Shown piece by piece: positions 29,321 through 39,027 of a DNA stretch of 64,000 nucleotides (its first letter is position 1; each line of letters starts with the position of its first letter). The notes beneath the pieces are model-generated. The model made no database searches, was not told the DNA's origin, and worked only from the letters and a program-made list of their open reading frames with translations. This DNA comes from a virus. The stretch is from positions 32,001 to 96,000 of IMG/VR virus record IMGVR_UViG_3300046168_000026; one strand, written 5' to 3'. The position numbers and the translations under genes were made by a program.

Positions 29321-29386
29321 ACTACTAAAGTACGACAATTAAATGAGAAATCCAAATTTTTAATGTTAAGAAATTGTTAAATTTTG
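29321..29386 (-). promoter_or_regulatory. repeated extended promoter element, copy 8
   Basis: CAAAATTTAACAATTTCTTAACATTAAAAATTTGG-N19-TACTTTAG. Confidence 0.75.
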
Positions 29387-30010
29387 CTTTATTTTGAATT
29401 TTTTTAGTGGTTTTTCCCAAAAATCATAGATTTCATCCTTTTTATACCCAAATTTGATGTAATCGTTGTTGAATCGTTCCCAACATACTTGCCTTAAATG
29501 AGTTTCGTCAAAATAAATGGGTGGATATTCAGTTTTACCAACAAATGGTACTTGAAAATCATCTGGCATAAACCACAATTCTTTTAAATCTTCTTTAATA
29601 TTTTCTGCTCTGATAAGTAAATCTATCTGTTTTGATGTATTATTTATTAAATCCCAAAGATTCCAACCATTAACCCAATCTTCTGTCATAGATTGTAGAC
29701 ATTCTATTGGTCCATTTGATGGGTCAATCATTTCGTGTCGTTCACCACCATACCCATACTTCCAATAACTTAACCATCTATAATATGGGTGTCTAATACT
29801 TGCAATATGAATGTAATCATCACCTGCTTCTTCAGGCCAATTGTTTACATGAGTAAAATCGGATGGATGTTCATCAGAAGGCCAATCAGGATTCAAATCA
29901 CAATATTCTAAGAAAATATCTCGAACAGACCTTGACGCTACCTTAGCGGGAGCAGTCCATACGAATTTATACTTGTGACTTATGTTTGCACCTCTGTTTT
30001 TAAAATCCAT
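29366..30010 (-). CDS. sulfotransferase family 2-like protein
   Basis: 5'-PSB-like PAKVASRSV, 3'-PB-like IRHPYYRWLSYW, D...FGY end motif. Confidence 0.75.
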   Translation of the reverse strand: MDFKNRGANISHKYKFVWTAPAKVASRSVRDIFLEYCDLNPDWPSDEHPSDFTHVNNWPEEAGDDYIHIASIRHPYYRWLSYWKYGYGGERHEMIDPSNGPIECLQSMTEDWVNGWNLWDLINNTSKQIDLLIRAENIKEDLKELWFMPDDFQVPFVGKTEYPPIYFDETHLRQVCWERFNNDYIKFGYKKDEIYDFWEKPLKKFKIKQNLTIS

Positions 30011-30592
30011 TTACATTTCCGTATTGAAGAAGAAAGTCTGAAATAGTCTACCATCGTATTGGTCTCTACCAAAGTAGTCTAATGAAGCGTGAAAGTAATC
30101 ACCTCTATAAATTACTAATCGATTGTATACATTTGCCAATCTATCAGTCATTTCCCATTTTGTATAGTCTTGAGAATCTTTGTATATTTCATTCATCAAT
30201 TCATTGTCAGGAGTTCCGTCTGCCTTATATGGATGACTGGTCAACCCAGTTGCCTTGTGTTTAAATAAACCCGTTCCTGCGCTTAATGGGGCGTTTGGTG
30301 TTAAATAACAAACACCTGCCCACCTTGTAGTGTTGTCTGCATGAATCCAAGTTCTGTCACCTTGTGTTGTATATTGATATGCTCCTGTGTATTCGTCTCC
30401 CCAATCTGTAACTCTACCCCATTGTGGTGATATAACAGATTCGATAGTATCTGTTATTGATTCATTTAAAAATGGTATTGTTCTTTGACCTGGGTAATTA
30501 CCTCGTACTCCGAAGTCTTGTGATAATGCGAATTGTCTTACTTCGTCAGGATTTGAGTAGAAGTTTTCAATAATGAATGCGTTTACTTCCAT
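30011..30592 (-). CDS. 2OG-Fe(II) oxygenase-like protein (DUF6445 type)
   Basis: NYPGQRT, IHAD, YNRLVIY...FH, RLFQTFF. Confidence 0.75.
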   Translation of the reverse strand: MEVNAFIIENFYSNPDEVRQFALSQDFGVRGNYPGQRTIPFLNESITDTIESVISPQWGRVTDWGDEYTGAYQYTTQGDRTWIHADNTTRWAGVCYLTPNAPLSAGTGLFKHKATGLTSHPYKADGTPDNELMNEIYKDSQDYTKWEMTDRLANVYNRLVIYRGDYFHASLDYFGRDQYDGRLFQTFFFNTEM

Positions 30593-30608
30593 AACTTATT
30601 TATTAAAT

Positions 30609-31517
30609 TTATTTCATGTTTTTAGTTATACTATCGGGAGCGTTCTGAGACACCCAATTAAATAACTTTGATTTCCATACTTTTTCAGGTAATATTCCTT
30701 TACCTTCTCTCTTTACTGGTAATGATAAGAATCCTTTTGCAATACCTTCAATATTATTTCCATCAGCATCTTTGTAAAATACCGTATGTTGTGGATTATT
30801 TAATATCACATCAACCCTACCATTTAGTCCATTTGGCATTGCCTTTGTTACAAGACCCCAAACAGTATTTGATGCACCTTCATGAGTTTTTAATAGAATA
30901 TCCTCAGGCACCATTCGTTCTCTTTGTCTATTATTATCAAGTGCGGTTACATAATTAGTAAGAACCCATGTTAAGTGTACATTTTTAGATTCATATCCAG
31001 CTTTTTTTAACATAGGAATTATACTTGTAATATCTGTAACATCCTTTGCCGTAATATCAAACATAATATTAGGAAGTGTTTCAGGATTATCTTTACCTAC
31101 TAATAGTTTTTCTAATGAATTATCTTTGATACCTGTTGCTTTTACTAACTGATGTAATGCTCTAACATGGTCAGGTTTCTTTAATTGTAAGTTTCTTAAC
31201 TGAAATCCTTGTGATTGAATGTTCCTAATGATTTCTATTTCTTTTGCTGGTATATTTTTACCATACTTTTTCAATATAGAATCAATATCTAATTTACCCA
31301 TTCTATTTAGAATCTGAAGTTGTTTTTTCATTTTATCAACATCACGAACTTTGAATGCGGTATTATCTATAAAATGTGAACCTGAGAATCCTTTACCACT
31401 ACCTGCACCACCTGCCAAGAATACAACTTGACCATATGGTTTTCTTTGATTATATACAATTAACTTTTCGTCTAATTGTTCTTCTGTTAGTATCTCTAAA
31501 ATAAAGTCTTTAATCAT
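30609..31517 (-). CDS. P-loop kinase (zeta-toxin/PNK-like)
   Basis: FLAGGAGSGKG, MFDIT, ALDNNRQRER lid motif. Confidence 0.7.
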   Translation of the reverse strand: MIKDFILEILTEEQLDEKLIVYNQRKPYGQVVFLAGGAGSGKGFSGSHFIDNTAFKVRDVDKMKKQLQILNRMGKLDIDSILKKYGKNIPAKEIEIIRNIQSQGFQLRNLQLKKPDHVRALHQLVKATGIKDNSLEKLLVGKDNPETLPNIMFDITAKDVTDITSIIPMLKKAGYESKNVHLTWVLTNYVTALDNNRQRERMVPEDILLKTHEGASNTVWGLVTKAMPNGLNGRVDVILNNPQHTVFYKDADGNNIEGIAKGFLSLPVKREGKGILPEKVWKSKLFNWVSQNAPDSITKNMK

Positions 31518-31740
31518 TTTTTCCCCTTAATGGAAATCGTTTACTACGATTATCGTAATTTTCTTTTTGGTATGGAAACATACGATTCAATCTATCTTGG
31601 CGTTTTTTACACCCACAATCTTCTTTACCTGCGACCTCGGCAATCTTTTCAGCCAACTTGTCTAATTTAGTTGCTGATGTGATTTTCTTGATTGTATCAC
31701 CTACACCTTTTGATTTTTCATTCCACTTCATAAGTTTCAT
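31510..31740 (-). CDS. conserved phage protein (GVGDT...CGC..R...LN)
   Basis: Recognisable small phage motif. Confidence 0.65.
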   Translation of the reverse strand: MKLMKWNEKSKGVGDTIKKITSATKLDKLAEKIAEVAGKEDCGCKKRQDRLNRMFPYQKENYDNRSKRFPLRGKND

Positions 31741-31954
31741 CTATCTCTACGCTGAATCCATCTTTACGAAACAACTCGTATAAGTCTTCAACCATTATTA
31801 TGTCCCCAGTATAAATATCACACTTTCCATTATTATGTACAATGTTTGCAACTGATTGCCCTTGCGTCATTGGAAAGGACAAGTATTTTCTCAAAACACT
31901 CACAACTTCGTCAAATGTATGAATGTCATCATCTAACAAATATAATTTAGCCAT
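31718..31954 (-). CDS. clpS: ClpS-like protease adaptor
   Basis: LYLLDDDIHTFDEVV..L, IVHNNGKC. Confidence 0.8.
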   Translation of the reverse strand: MAKLYLLDDDIHTFDEVVSVLRKYLSFPMTQGQSVANIVHNNGKCDIYTGDIIMVEDLYELFRKDGFSVEIDETYEVE

Positions 31955-32110
31955 GATTAAAGTTCATATTGAATAACTTGTTTAATATCATACTTTTGTT
32001 TAAATTTTTCAACATAAATTGGTACTTCTATTTCTGCTCCAATTGATGCTTCAACATTTACATCATCTTCAGTTTTTACATAAACTATACACTCTTCCTT
32101 AAACAAAGGG

Positions 32111-32311
32111 TCAAGTTTTTTTATTACTATTTTCATTGGGTCTCTCCAACATCTCTATAAGGTCTTTAATATGTTGACATTTCATATAGTCCTCTTCGGC
32201 AATATAAAACGACATCATCTTGTCTAACAATCGTTTTTTAGTAGATAAATCGATAAAAGTAGGGTTATACAACATAATGTCGTAAACCTCATCCATCGCT
32301 TTTAACTTCAT
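32111..32311 (-). CDS. hypothetical protein (UVR-like EDY.KC..IKD)
   Basis: ORF track. Confidence 0.55.
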   Translation of the reverse strand: MKLKAMDEVYDIMLYNPTFIDLSTKKRLLDKMMSFYIAEEDYMKCQHIKDLIEMLERPNENSNKKT

Positions 32312-32350
32312 ATTCTTCTGCCATAAATATAGTTTGGAAAGTTAATAAAA

Positions 32351-32734
32351 CTAAAATTTGGACATAGCTTCGGAGAAAATCCACCCCAAAACACCAATAA
32401 GACCACTAAATAGTACCCAAAGTGCCTTAACTACACCACTTTTCCAATCTTGAAGTTTAGATAATTCTAACTTTAATTCAAGAAGTTCTTCAGGAGTTGT
32501 CTCTGAATCTCGTCTAAATGCCGTATTCTTATTGACCCTAACAATTACACCATTTTCAGGATTAAGTAAAGTATACTTAATATCGGAAAAATCTTCCTTT
32601 AGTTCATGTTGAAAGTCTTTCATCTCTTGAAAGTTCTGTTCCATTCTCTTTAGCTCCCCGTTAGGTAACTTTTTTTTCATAGTACCTAACTCGGATAGAA
32701 TGTTTTCTAATAAGTTTTTTTGTGTAGATGCCAT
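32351..32734 (-). CDS. coiled-coil protein with C-terminal TM helix
   Basis: Sequence composition. Confidence 0.65.
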   Translation of the reverse strand: MASTQKNLLENILSELGTMKKKLPNGELKRMEQNFQEMKDFQHELKEDFSDIKYTLLNPENGVIVRVNKNTAFRRDSETTPEELLELKLELSKLQDWKSGVVKALWVLFSGLIGVLGWIFSEAMSKF

Positions 32735-32755
32735 ATTACAAATCCCAAGTTTTGA

Positions 32756-33484
32756 TTATAAATATGGAGTCTTGTACCAAATCGCAGACTTACTATTTGA
32801 TTTTTCGTGTTCAGGTCTATCTTTTGTAAAATAGTACAATGCGAATGAGTATCTTGATATATCATCTGGACAAACTAATGGTGTTGGGTGTCCATGGATT
32901 GAGTCATCTGTTGTGTTAAATATCACCGCTCTATTGAATGTTGGGAGTATAGATTTTACTTTAACCAATCCCTCTTTTTCACATAAATCTAAGTGACCAT
33001 TATAATTCCAGTTTGGAGTAAGATATAGTAGTAAGTTAATTCTTCGCCACATATCTTGAGTTGGGTGTTTGTTGTAATCTGAATGTAGTTCTAATCTACC
33101 ACCATTTTTAATTCTATGAATACCACCACCCTCATAGTCTACATCTGCGATTAATCCATCTATACCTGTTAACTTTTCTAAGAACATTAAAAATTGTCTT
33201 GAGTTAAAGTATTCAAGACACTTCCACACTGCGGGCATATCCGTTTCTAATCGATTCTTAGACTCTGTATCATACGGAGTCCAAAACTTACTTACTTGTG
33301 AGTTTCTTTCGTCTTCAGGGTACCCCATCATATCATCCCACTGCCAATCTGTATGATTTGACATTTCATTGTAACATTGAAGTGCCATATCAGTTGGTAA
33401 GAAATCGTCAAATATAATATGTGGAAATGGATTTGCTAATGAATAATTTGATTTACATCCATCAGCTAATGATGTGTTTATCAT
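32756..33484 (-). CDS. 2OG-Fe(II) oxygenase (prolyl-hydroxylase-like)
   Basis: PFPH, GGGIH, LHSD, FNRAVIF, HGHP, RYS. Confidence 0.88.
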   Translation of the reverse strand: MINTSLADGCKSNYSLANPFPHIIFDDFLPTDMALQCYNEMSNHTDWQWDDMMGYPEDERNSQVSKFWTPYDTESKNRLETDMPAVWKCLEYFNSRQFLMFLEKLTGIDGLIADVDYEGGGIHRIKNGGRLELHSDYNKHPTQDMWRRINLLLYLTPNWNYNGHLDLCEKEGLVKVKSILPTFNRAVIFNTTDDSIHGHPTPLVCPDDISRYSFALYYFTKDRPEHEKSNSKSAIWYKTPYL

Positions 33485-34050
33485 AACATAGTTTTAAATT
33501 GGTCTTCTATATATTCTTCTATGACCTCTTTCTTTTGGTCTGAAGATAAATGTTCTACTGCAAGTACTGATTTGATTCTAACATCAGGATACTTTCTTTG
33601 AAGTCTTTGTACTGCCTTTACATTCTTAAGTGAGTCATCCATGAATGCGATATCAGTATATCCTTTTTCTATGTGTTTTTCAATCCAATCTGCCTTGTCT
33701 TTAGGATTATTACTCCCCAATGTTACAGGATACACATTCATTCCATATGTATCTTTGAAAAACTTTCTGATTGGGAATCCTAACTTTCTTGCAGTTAATA
33801 TTGTTACCTTTTTGTTTGGATTCGATAACATTTGTTGTAATAATTTGAAGTTCTTTCTAATCACTTTAGGATTATTCAACATACTATTGAAATCTCTAAA
33901 ATCAAATGTATCACCACTCTTTTCGTTATATTTTGCGTATTCGGCAGGACTCAATGTAGTTTCTGTACCATCTTTATGTGTAACATAAATGTATGCGGTA
34001 CTCTTTGCGAGTGTGTCGTCAAAGTCAAAAACTCTTAAAATTCTTCCCAT
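33481..34050 (-). CDS. HAD-superfamily phosphatase
   Basis: FDFDDTL, ILTAR, K, FMDDS..N. Confidence 0.82.
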   Translation of the reverse strand: MGRILRVFDFDDTLAKSTAYIYVTHKDGTETTLSPAEYAKYNEKSGDTFDFRDFNSMLNNPKVIRKNFKLLQQMLSNPNKKVTILTARKLGFPIRKFFKDTYGMNVYPVTLGSNNPKDKADWIEKHIEKGYTDIAFMDDSLKNVKAVQRLQRKYPDVRIKSVLAVEHLSSDQKKEVIEEYIEDQFKTML

Positions 34051-34089
34051 AATTTTACCTTTTACACCAATATACGAAAAATATACGAC

Positions 34090-34416
34090 TTATCCAAGTT
34101 TTTTAGCGATAAAATTCATGTCCACTTGAATTGCGTATCCAGCACCTTCATAATTATCAAATGGTACAAACTTTAAAGGTCTTAGTTTTTTCATAGCAAA
34201 TATTGCTAATTGTTTACAGATATCTCTCTTTGATGTATCACCGAGTTTATCTATCTTATCTAAGTCCTTAGATGTCTTGGCCATAAAGACAATAGTATTA
34301 GCACCACTTACAGGCGTCATTACCTTAAATTCAGGATATTCACTTGGTAAATCTGAATTTTTATCAGTAGATGTTAATACTACTTTACCTTCGTCTAATA
34401 AATCTTTTAATTTCAT
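34090..34416 (-). CDS. hypothetical protein, possible virion-internal protein
   Basis: MKLKDLLDE N-terminus. Confidence 0.6.
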   Translation of the reverse strand: MKLKDLLDEGKVVLTSTDKNSDLPSEYPEFKVMTPVSGANTIVFMAKTSKDLDKIDKLGDTSKRDICKQLAIFAMKKLRPLKFVPFDNYEGAGYAIQVDMNFIAKKLG

Positions 34417-34425
34417 AATTTCCGT

Positions 34426-34614
34426 TTATTTTGTTGCAAGTATTTGAATTGCGTATATAATCAATGCAGATACCAATAATTTCATTACTGGGTCTTTACT
34501 TGTAACTTTTTCTACTGCAGTTTCTTGACAACAATTATCTGATACAGGTTTTGTACTACCACACCCAACTAATAATATTGAACTTAAAGCTATTCCTATC
34601 ATCTTCTTTTTCAT
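34426..34614 (-). CDS. small lipoprotein with C-terminal TM helix
   Basis: LLVGC lipobox; hydrophobic C-terminus. Confidence 0.6.
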   Translation of the reverse strand: MKKKMIGIALSSILLVGCGSTKPVSDNCCQETAVEKVTSKDPVMKLLVSALIIYAIQILATK

Positions 34615-34622
34615 TTGTATCC

Positions 34623-35399
34623 CTATTTTATTCTAAATGGTATATCGTGCTCTTTCCAAAACTTATTAAGTGTAGTTTTTAAATCCTTAACTAACTTTAC
34701 TGACTTCTTTTTATTCTCAGGTGTATTTGTATCTAATCTTCCTTGTGGAATAATTCCGCTGATATAGTTAGTTACAGGAAATACACCTACTTCATTAATT
34801 TCAGTTTCTTCTAATGGTCTATCATCAACTTCATCTGCAATACATCTACCATCCATTGTTACATTTCCAGAACATGGATTCCCAAGGTTATCATAAAAGA
34901 TTTCTTGGAGTTTAGTAATTTTATTGGTTTTTTTCCAATTGTCTCTATCAAAAACTAAATTGTCTTTGACCATCATAACCATTAATGCTCTACCAAACTT
35001 CTTAGTATCTGTAATTCGTGTAAACGATGGTGCGTTCTTTTTTGCCCAATTGTACCATAATCCTGATAATATCTTGAACATTTTACTTGAATCACCATTT
35101 GCTTTTAAAAGTTCTTTTTTGAATAACCCTCGTTTTCTATATGCATACTTCTTAAAATCCATATAGGTAAACTCATTTGGAGTATCCATAGGGAATGGTA
35201 CACCTTCTTGTAAATCTACTTGAACCATCTCGTCAACTACCATTCTATATTTAAGTAATGGTCTTCCGTTGATAGTGATGTCTCCCTTTTCATTTTTACC
35301 AATAGATTTTACTACGATTCGTTTGTTTTTAAACTTACCGCCTAATACTGTATCACCTACTTTAATTGGTATTACTATATTTTCAAAAAGTGAACTCAT
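34623..35399 (-). CDS. hypothetical multi-segment phage protein
   Basis: VGDTVLGGKFKNK N-terminal module; Glu-containing linkers. Confidence 0.65.
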   Translation of the reverse strand: MSSLFENIVIPIKVGDTVLGGKFKNKRIVVKSIGKNEKGDITINGRPLLKYRMVVDEMVQVDLQEGVPFPMDTPNEFTYMDFKKYAYRKRGLFKKELLKANGDSSKMFKILSGLWYNWAKKNAPSFTRITDTKKFGRALMVMMVKDNLVFDRDNWKKTNKITKLQEIFYDNLGNPCSGNVTMDGRCIADEVDDRPLEETEINEVGVFPVTNYISGIIPQGRLDTNTPENKKKSVKLVKDLKTTLNKFWKEHDIPFRIK

Positions 35400-36043
35400 A
35401 TTCTATTTGTTTTTTTTAAATAATTAAACATTTCATAACCCAATTTCATTCCAAACTTCGAATCACTTGGATAATGCGCTCTTGCTACATTTCTACTTTT
35501 AGATATGTCTCTACCCAAACTCATCAAATTAAATTGATGTTGAGGGTACATATCTGATAGTAGTTTCCCTATAAGTATTCCTTGTGTTGAATGCCCACTT
35601 GGATACGATGGTGTCTTCATAGAGTCCATCATAGATTCTTTTCCAATATTTACATTTACTAATGGATGGTCAACTACTTGATATGGTCTTGGTCTATTAT
35701 AATGATATTTAAGCTTCATAATAATAATAGAACTATCATCTAATAGTTTTTCCACCAAAGCTTCTGGAAAATCTAATCCTACTGTTTTTAAATACTTTTT
35801 AAATACTTTATCCACATCATCCATTTCTTTTACAAATTCAGGATTCTGTGGTAATTTTGCTAATTCTTCTAATTCTATTCGAGTGTTTGATGACGCATTA
35901 CAATGAGGTGGATTTCCCATATAGTTTTTAGTTGGAAAATCTTGGAGTAAGGATGGGGTTCTTTTCATTTTATCCAGATGTTTTGGTTTTATCTCATCTG
36001 TATAACCCATTTGTTTTAAACTGAGTATATCTGATAGTTTCAT
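35396..36043 (-). CDS. PAP2/vanadium-haloperoxidase family phosphatase
   Basis: K..YNRPRP, PSYPSGH, SR..ARAHYPSD. Confidence 0.88.
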   Translation of the reverse strand: MKLSDILSLKQMGYTDEIKPKHLDKMKRTPSLLQDFPTKNYMGNPPHCNASSNTRIELEELAKLPQNPEFVKEMDDVDKVFKKYLKTVGLDFPEALVEKLLDDSSIIIMKLKYHYNRPRPYQVVDHPLVNVNIGKESMMDSMKTPSYPSGHSTQGILIGKLLSDMYPQHQFNLMSLGRDISKSRNVARAHYPSDSKFGMKLGYEMFNYLKKTNRI

Positions 36044-36174
36044 TTTCCTTGTCCGCGGTATTTCTTTTTATAATGCTTACTCCCCTTACTTCTTGAATTC
36101 TTGGTCTTGGAATGTACTCCAGGTCTCTTCTTACGATGACTTGTTGTATAATTACTAACTAATGCTCGTGCCAT
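36040..36174 (-). CDS. 44-aa basic peptide ending YRGQGK (not in ORF track)
   Basis: Manual translation; ATGA overlap with PAP2 gene. Confidence 0.7.
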   Translation of the reverse strand: MARALVSNYTTSHRKKRPGVHSKTKNSRSKGSKHYKKKYRGQGK

Positions 36175-36186
36175 TTTATAACCCTA

Positions 36187-36594
36187 TTAAAACTGAGATG
36201 ACTTTTTAAGTTCATCAATAGTTTCTTGTAACTCATCTAAATCAACAGGACATACTAAATCCAATCCTGCTTTGAATGTCGATTCTTTTATACCATCTTT
36301 AAAAATAAAGATAGTTGGCGCCATTCTTACTCTATAATCTTTTTTTGCGTTTGGTGCTTTTGCAATATCAACTCTGTAATAATGAGTGATACCTTTAACT
36401 TTATCCCAATCTTGGAATGCGTTTGCTTCGTTAAACTTTGCCCAAAACTCGACAACTATTATTGAGGTCTCATCATCACCAAATGCTGATTTTTCGTGTA
36501 TTGCTTCATCGAACTTTGCATCATCTATATAATCTTGACCGAAAACACTACTATAACCTAATAATAATATTGTCAAAAACAAATATTTTTTCAT
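36187..36594 (-). CDS. secreted thioredoxin-fold protein lacking CxxC
   Basis: VVEFWAKFN, VDI, cis-Pro MAPT..FKDG; signal peptide. Confidence 0.7.
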   Translation of the reverse strand: MKKYLFLTILLLGYSSVFGQDYIDDAKFDEAIHEKSAFGDDETSIIVVEFWAKFNEANAFQDWDKVKGITHYYRVDIAKAPNAKKDYRVRMAPTIFIFKDGIKESTFKAGLDLVCPVDLDELQETIDELKKSSQF

Positions 36595-36609
36595 AATTAC
36601 CTATTTTTA

Positions 36610-37170
36610 TTAATCTATTAAATAGCCATAAGGTGTATCGTCAACATCCAAACCTATTGGAAAGTTTTCTAACCTCATAGAAACAGTCATATTAGCTTGT
36701 ATGTAAGGGTTGTAAAACTCCCCCTCAGCGGTTAAACATATTAAACCACTATGTTGACCACCTAATTGTCCTGCGTCTTGAACTATTACCTCATTCCAAA
36801 CAACATACTCTTGGTCACCTGGTATTTCAACACCTGCGAATTTATCATCAGGGTTTAACCAAGTGTAAGTACCAATATCTAATAACTCACCATCATCAAT
36901 TGCATCTGAATCTAAACAATATAATGCAAAGTGTTGTCTGTCTAATCTAATTTCCCCATCATCTACTTGTAGGTAAAGGATAAATATCTTTCTTAATTTA
37001 CCATCTACCCATTTTGAACCACCATATGATTTTACTTGAGCGTATCTCTCATAAGGGTCAAATGAATCACCATCTAAACTAATTTCAAAAACAGGAACTA
37101 AAGGTTCAACCTCTTCCTTTTCACATCCTAAAATTAAAAATAAACTTAAAAATAATAATATCTTTTTCAT
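36610..37170 (-). CDS. lipoprotein
   Basis: MKKILLF...LILGC-EKEE lipobox followed by an acidic Bacteroidota-type export signal. Confidence 0.7.
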   Translation of the reverse strand: MKKILLFLSLFLILGCEKEEVEPLVPVFEISLDGDSFDPYERYAQVKSYGGSKWVDGKLRKIFILYLQVDDGEIRLDRQHFALYCLDSDAIDDGELLDIGTYTWLNPDDKFAGVEIPGDQEYVVWNEVIVQDAGQLGGQHSGLICLTAEGEFYNPYIQANMTVSMRLENFPIGLDVDDTPYGYLID

Positions 37171-37174
37171 AATC

Positions 37175-37459
37175 TTATCTACCTTTTTGTATCTCGTACA
37201 ATCTTTCGTCAATTTTATCAAGTTGGTCTCTTATCGCATCCACATCGTCTTGAGTGTCCATGATTGTCTGGCGAATTAATTCGTCCTTTAAATCATACTC
37301 AATTCGGTCTATCTCAGGTAAAGGTAATTCCTTTGCTTCCTGAATATCCCCTTGTAATGTGAACCACATTCCTATTACTGTTGCGAGTGTGAATATTACT
37401 ACACCGATTGTCTTTAAATCAAGTGTGATTTTCGTTTCTTCTGATACCTGCTTTGCCAT
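37175..37459 (-). CDS. membrane-anchored coiled-coil protein
   Basis: N-terminal TM helix, heptad C-terminus. Confidence 0.65.
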   Translation of the reverse strand: MAKQVSEETKITLDLKTIGVVIFTLATVIGMWFTLQGDIQEAKELPLPEIDRIEYDLKDELIRQTIMDTQDDVDAIRDQLDKIDERLYEIQKGR

Positions 37460-37473
37460 GACTCCCTTTTGTC

Positions 37474-38709
37474 TTATCTAAATGTGTAATTAAAACCGAA
37501 TGTACTATTAAAGAATTCACTAGCCCACATCTTAGTATATTCACCTTCGACAAATATACCGAAACTTTTGCTCAACTTCCAACCAATGCTTCCGCCGAAC
37601 TGATAGTCATCCCATTGTTCAAATTCAGAATCTTGTCTCAATCCACCTTTACCCCAGTTGTTCCTGTTACCATAGTTGAAATCACCATCACCCATTACAT
37701 ATGAGTGGTAAGGTAATAACCAATTTGCGTATGCATGAGCCCAAAACTTTGGAGTGTAGTGATAGAAATCAACTCCAACGATTGGTGATACTAAACCAAA
37801 TTCTCCGATTCCATCCCATATTTCATTGTTGTAATCGTTAATAAGGTCTCTAAATACACCATCTCTAAATTCTAAATCCGAATCTGCTACTCTGTTACCA
37901 TCTGGGTCTAACCAAAAATAATCAAAGCTACTTTGGTCATTACCATCTTGGTCTGTCCATGTAGACTCATACCATTGGTCTGTATATCCTCTGTCATACC
38001 CTAAAGTATACCAATAGTTTGCAATAGTACCATCTGGATTAGTTTCATTCACCCAAATTTCAAACGGGTTATATCCATATGCTCTCTGATGAGTTCTGAA
38101 GATTGCACCTGCTGATAATGAGAATTTCTTACCGATTGGTAATCTTGCTCTTACTTCTGCTGATTTGTATTCAAAATCAAATGCACCTTGTTTTCTACTT
38201 TCGATTTTTGCTATATGATATTTACCTGTATGTCTAAGGAAGTATCTACTATTTGTCCATACTTCACCTCTTTGGCGTTCTTTTTCCCAATGAAATAAGT
38301 ATTCGAATCCTTTTACTGCCGAAGTTGGTGCGGATAATGCAATTTGTCTTTCTCTATCTGCATTACCTGTCCAAAAGTTACCTGGCTTTCTTTCGTAATC
38401 AAATCTTGCAAGTTTTCTGATACCTACTCCGATTCTGTAATCAAATGGATTATACTCAGTAACTTCTACGATTTGTGGAATATCGAATATGTTTCCACTT
38501 TGGTTTGTTCTTACAAAATACTCTCTACGAGATGGTTCGTATGAATTACGAATGTCACCTGCTGCGTAAACAGTACCATATTTTAAGAAATCTTGGTAAA
38601 ATTCCTTAATAATATTTGTTTTTTTCTTTTCTTTCTTCTCTTCTTGTGCATTTACACTCATTGGTGCAAACATTAAGAAAATCATGAATAATGATAATAA
38701 ATTTTTCAT
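37474..38709 (-). CDS. putative outer-membrane beta-barrel protein
   Basis: Signal peptide ending VNA-Q; alternating aromatic strands; C-terminal FGFNYTF beta-signal. Confidence 0.6.
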   Translation of the reverse strand: MKNLLSLFMIFLMFAPMSVNAQEEKKEKKKTNIIKEFYQDFLKYGTVYAAGDIRNSYEPSRREYFVRTNQSGNIFDIPQIVEVTEYNPFDYRIGVGIRKLARFDYERKPGNFWTGNADRERQIALSAPTSAVKGFEYLFHWEKERQRGEVWTNSRYFLRHTGKYHIAKIESRKQGAFDFEYKSAEVRARLPIGKKFSLSAGAIFRTHQRAYGYNPFEIWVNETNPDGTIANYWYTLGYDRGYTDQWYESTWTDQDGNDQSSFDYFWLDPDGNRVADSDLEFRDGVFRDLINDYNNEIWDGIGEFGLVSPIVGVDFYHYTPKFWAHAYANWLLPYHSYVMGDGDFNYGNRNNWGKGGLRQDSEFEQWDDYQFGGSIGWKLSKSFGIFVEGEYTKMWASEFFNSTFGFNYTFR

Positions 38710-38728
38710 TGTGGTATGTTTCCCCTCT

Positions 38729-38977
38729 TTACTTTTTAGCAAATTTTTCTATCCCTGCGATACCAAAACAACCAAGAGTTATATATACGAATGAGTTGTA
38801 TATAAATTCATTAATTATTAAGTCTTTTCCAAAGTATCCAGTTCCTAAGTCAACGATTGCAAATAGTGTCATGACTGCAAAACTCATAAACCCTATAACA
38901 TTTTTTTCGTTAATGTCGTTGTTGTCCTTAAATATGTTTTTAAATGCCATCCATTTTCTCCCAATATATTTAAACAT
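38729..38977 (-). CDS. two-TM membrane protein, holin candidate
   Basis: Two TM helices, basic tail, directly downstream of amidase. Confidence 0.55.
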   Translation of the reverse strand: MFKYIGRKWMAFKNIFKDNNDINEKNVIGFMSFAVMTLFAIVDLGTGYFGKDLIINEFIYNSFVYITLGCFGIAGIEKFAKK

Positions 38978-39027
38978 AACTTCTAATCCTTTTCGTTAAC
39001 TGATTACTCATATAAATAGTTTATTTC

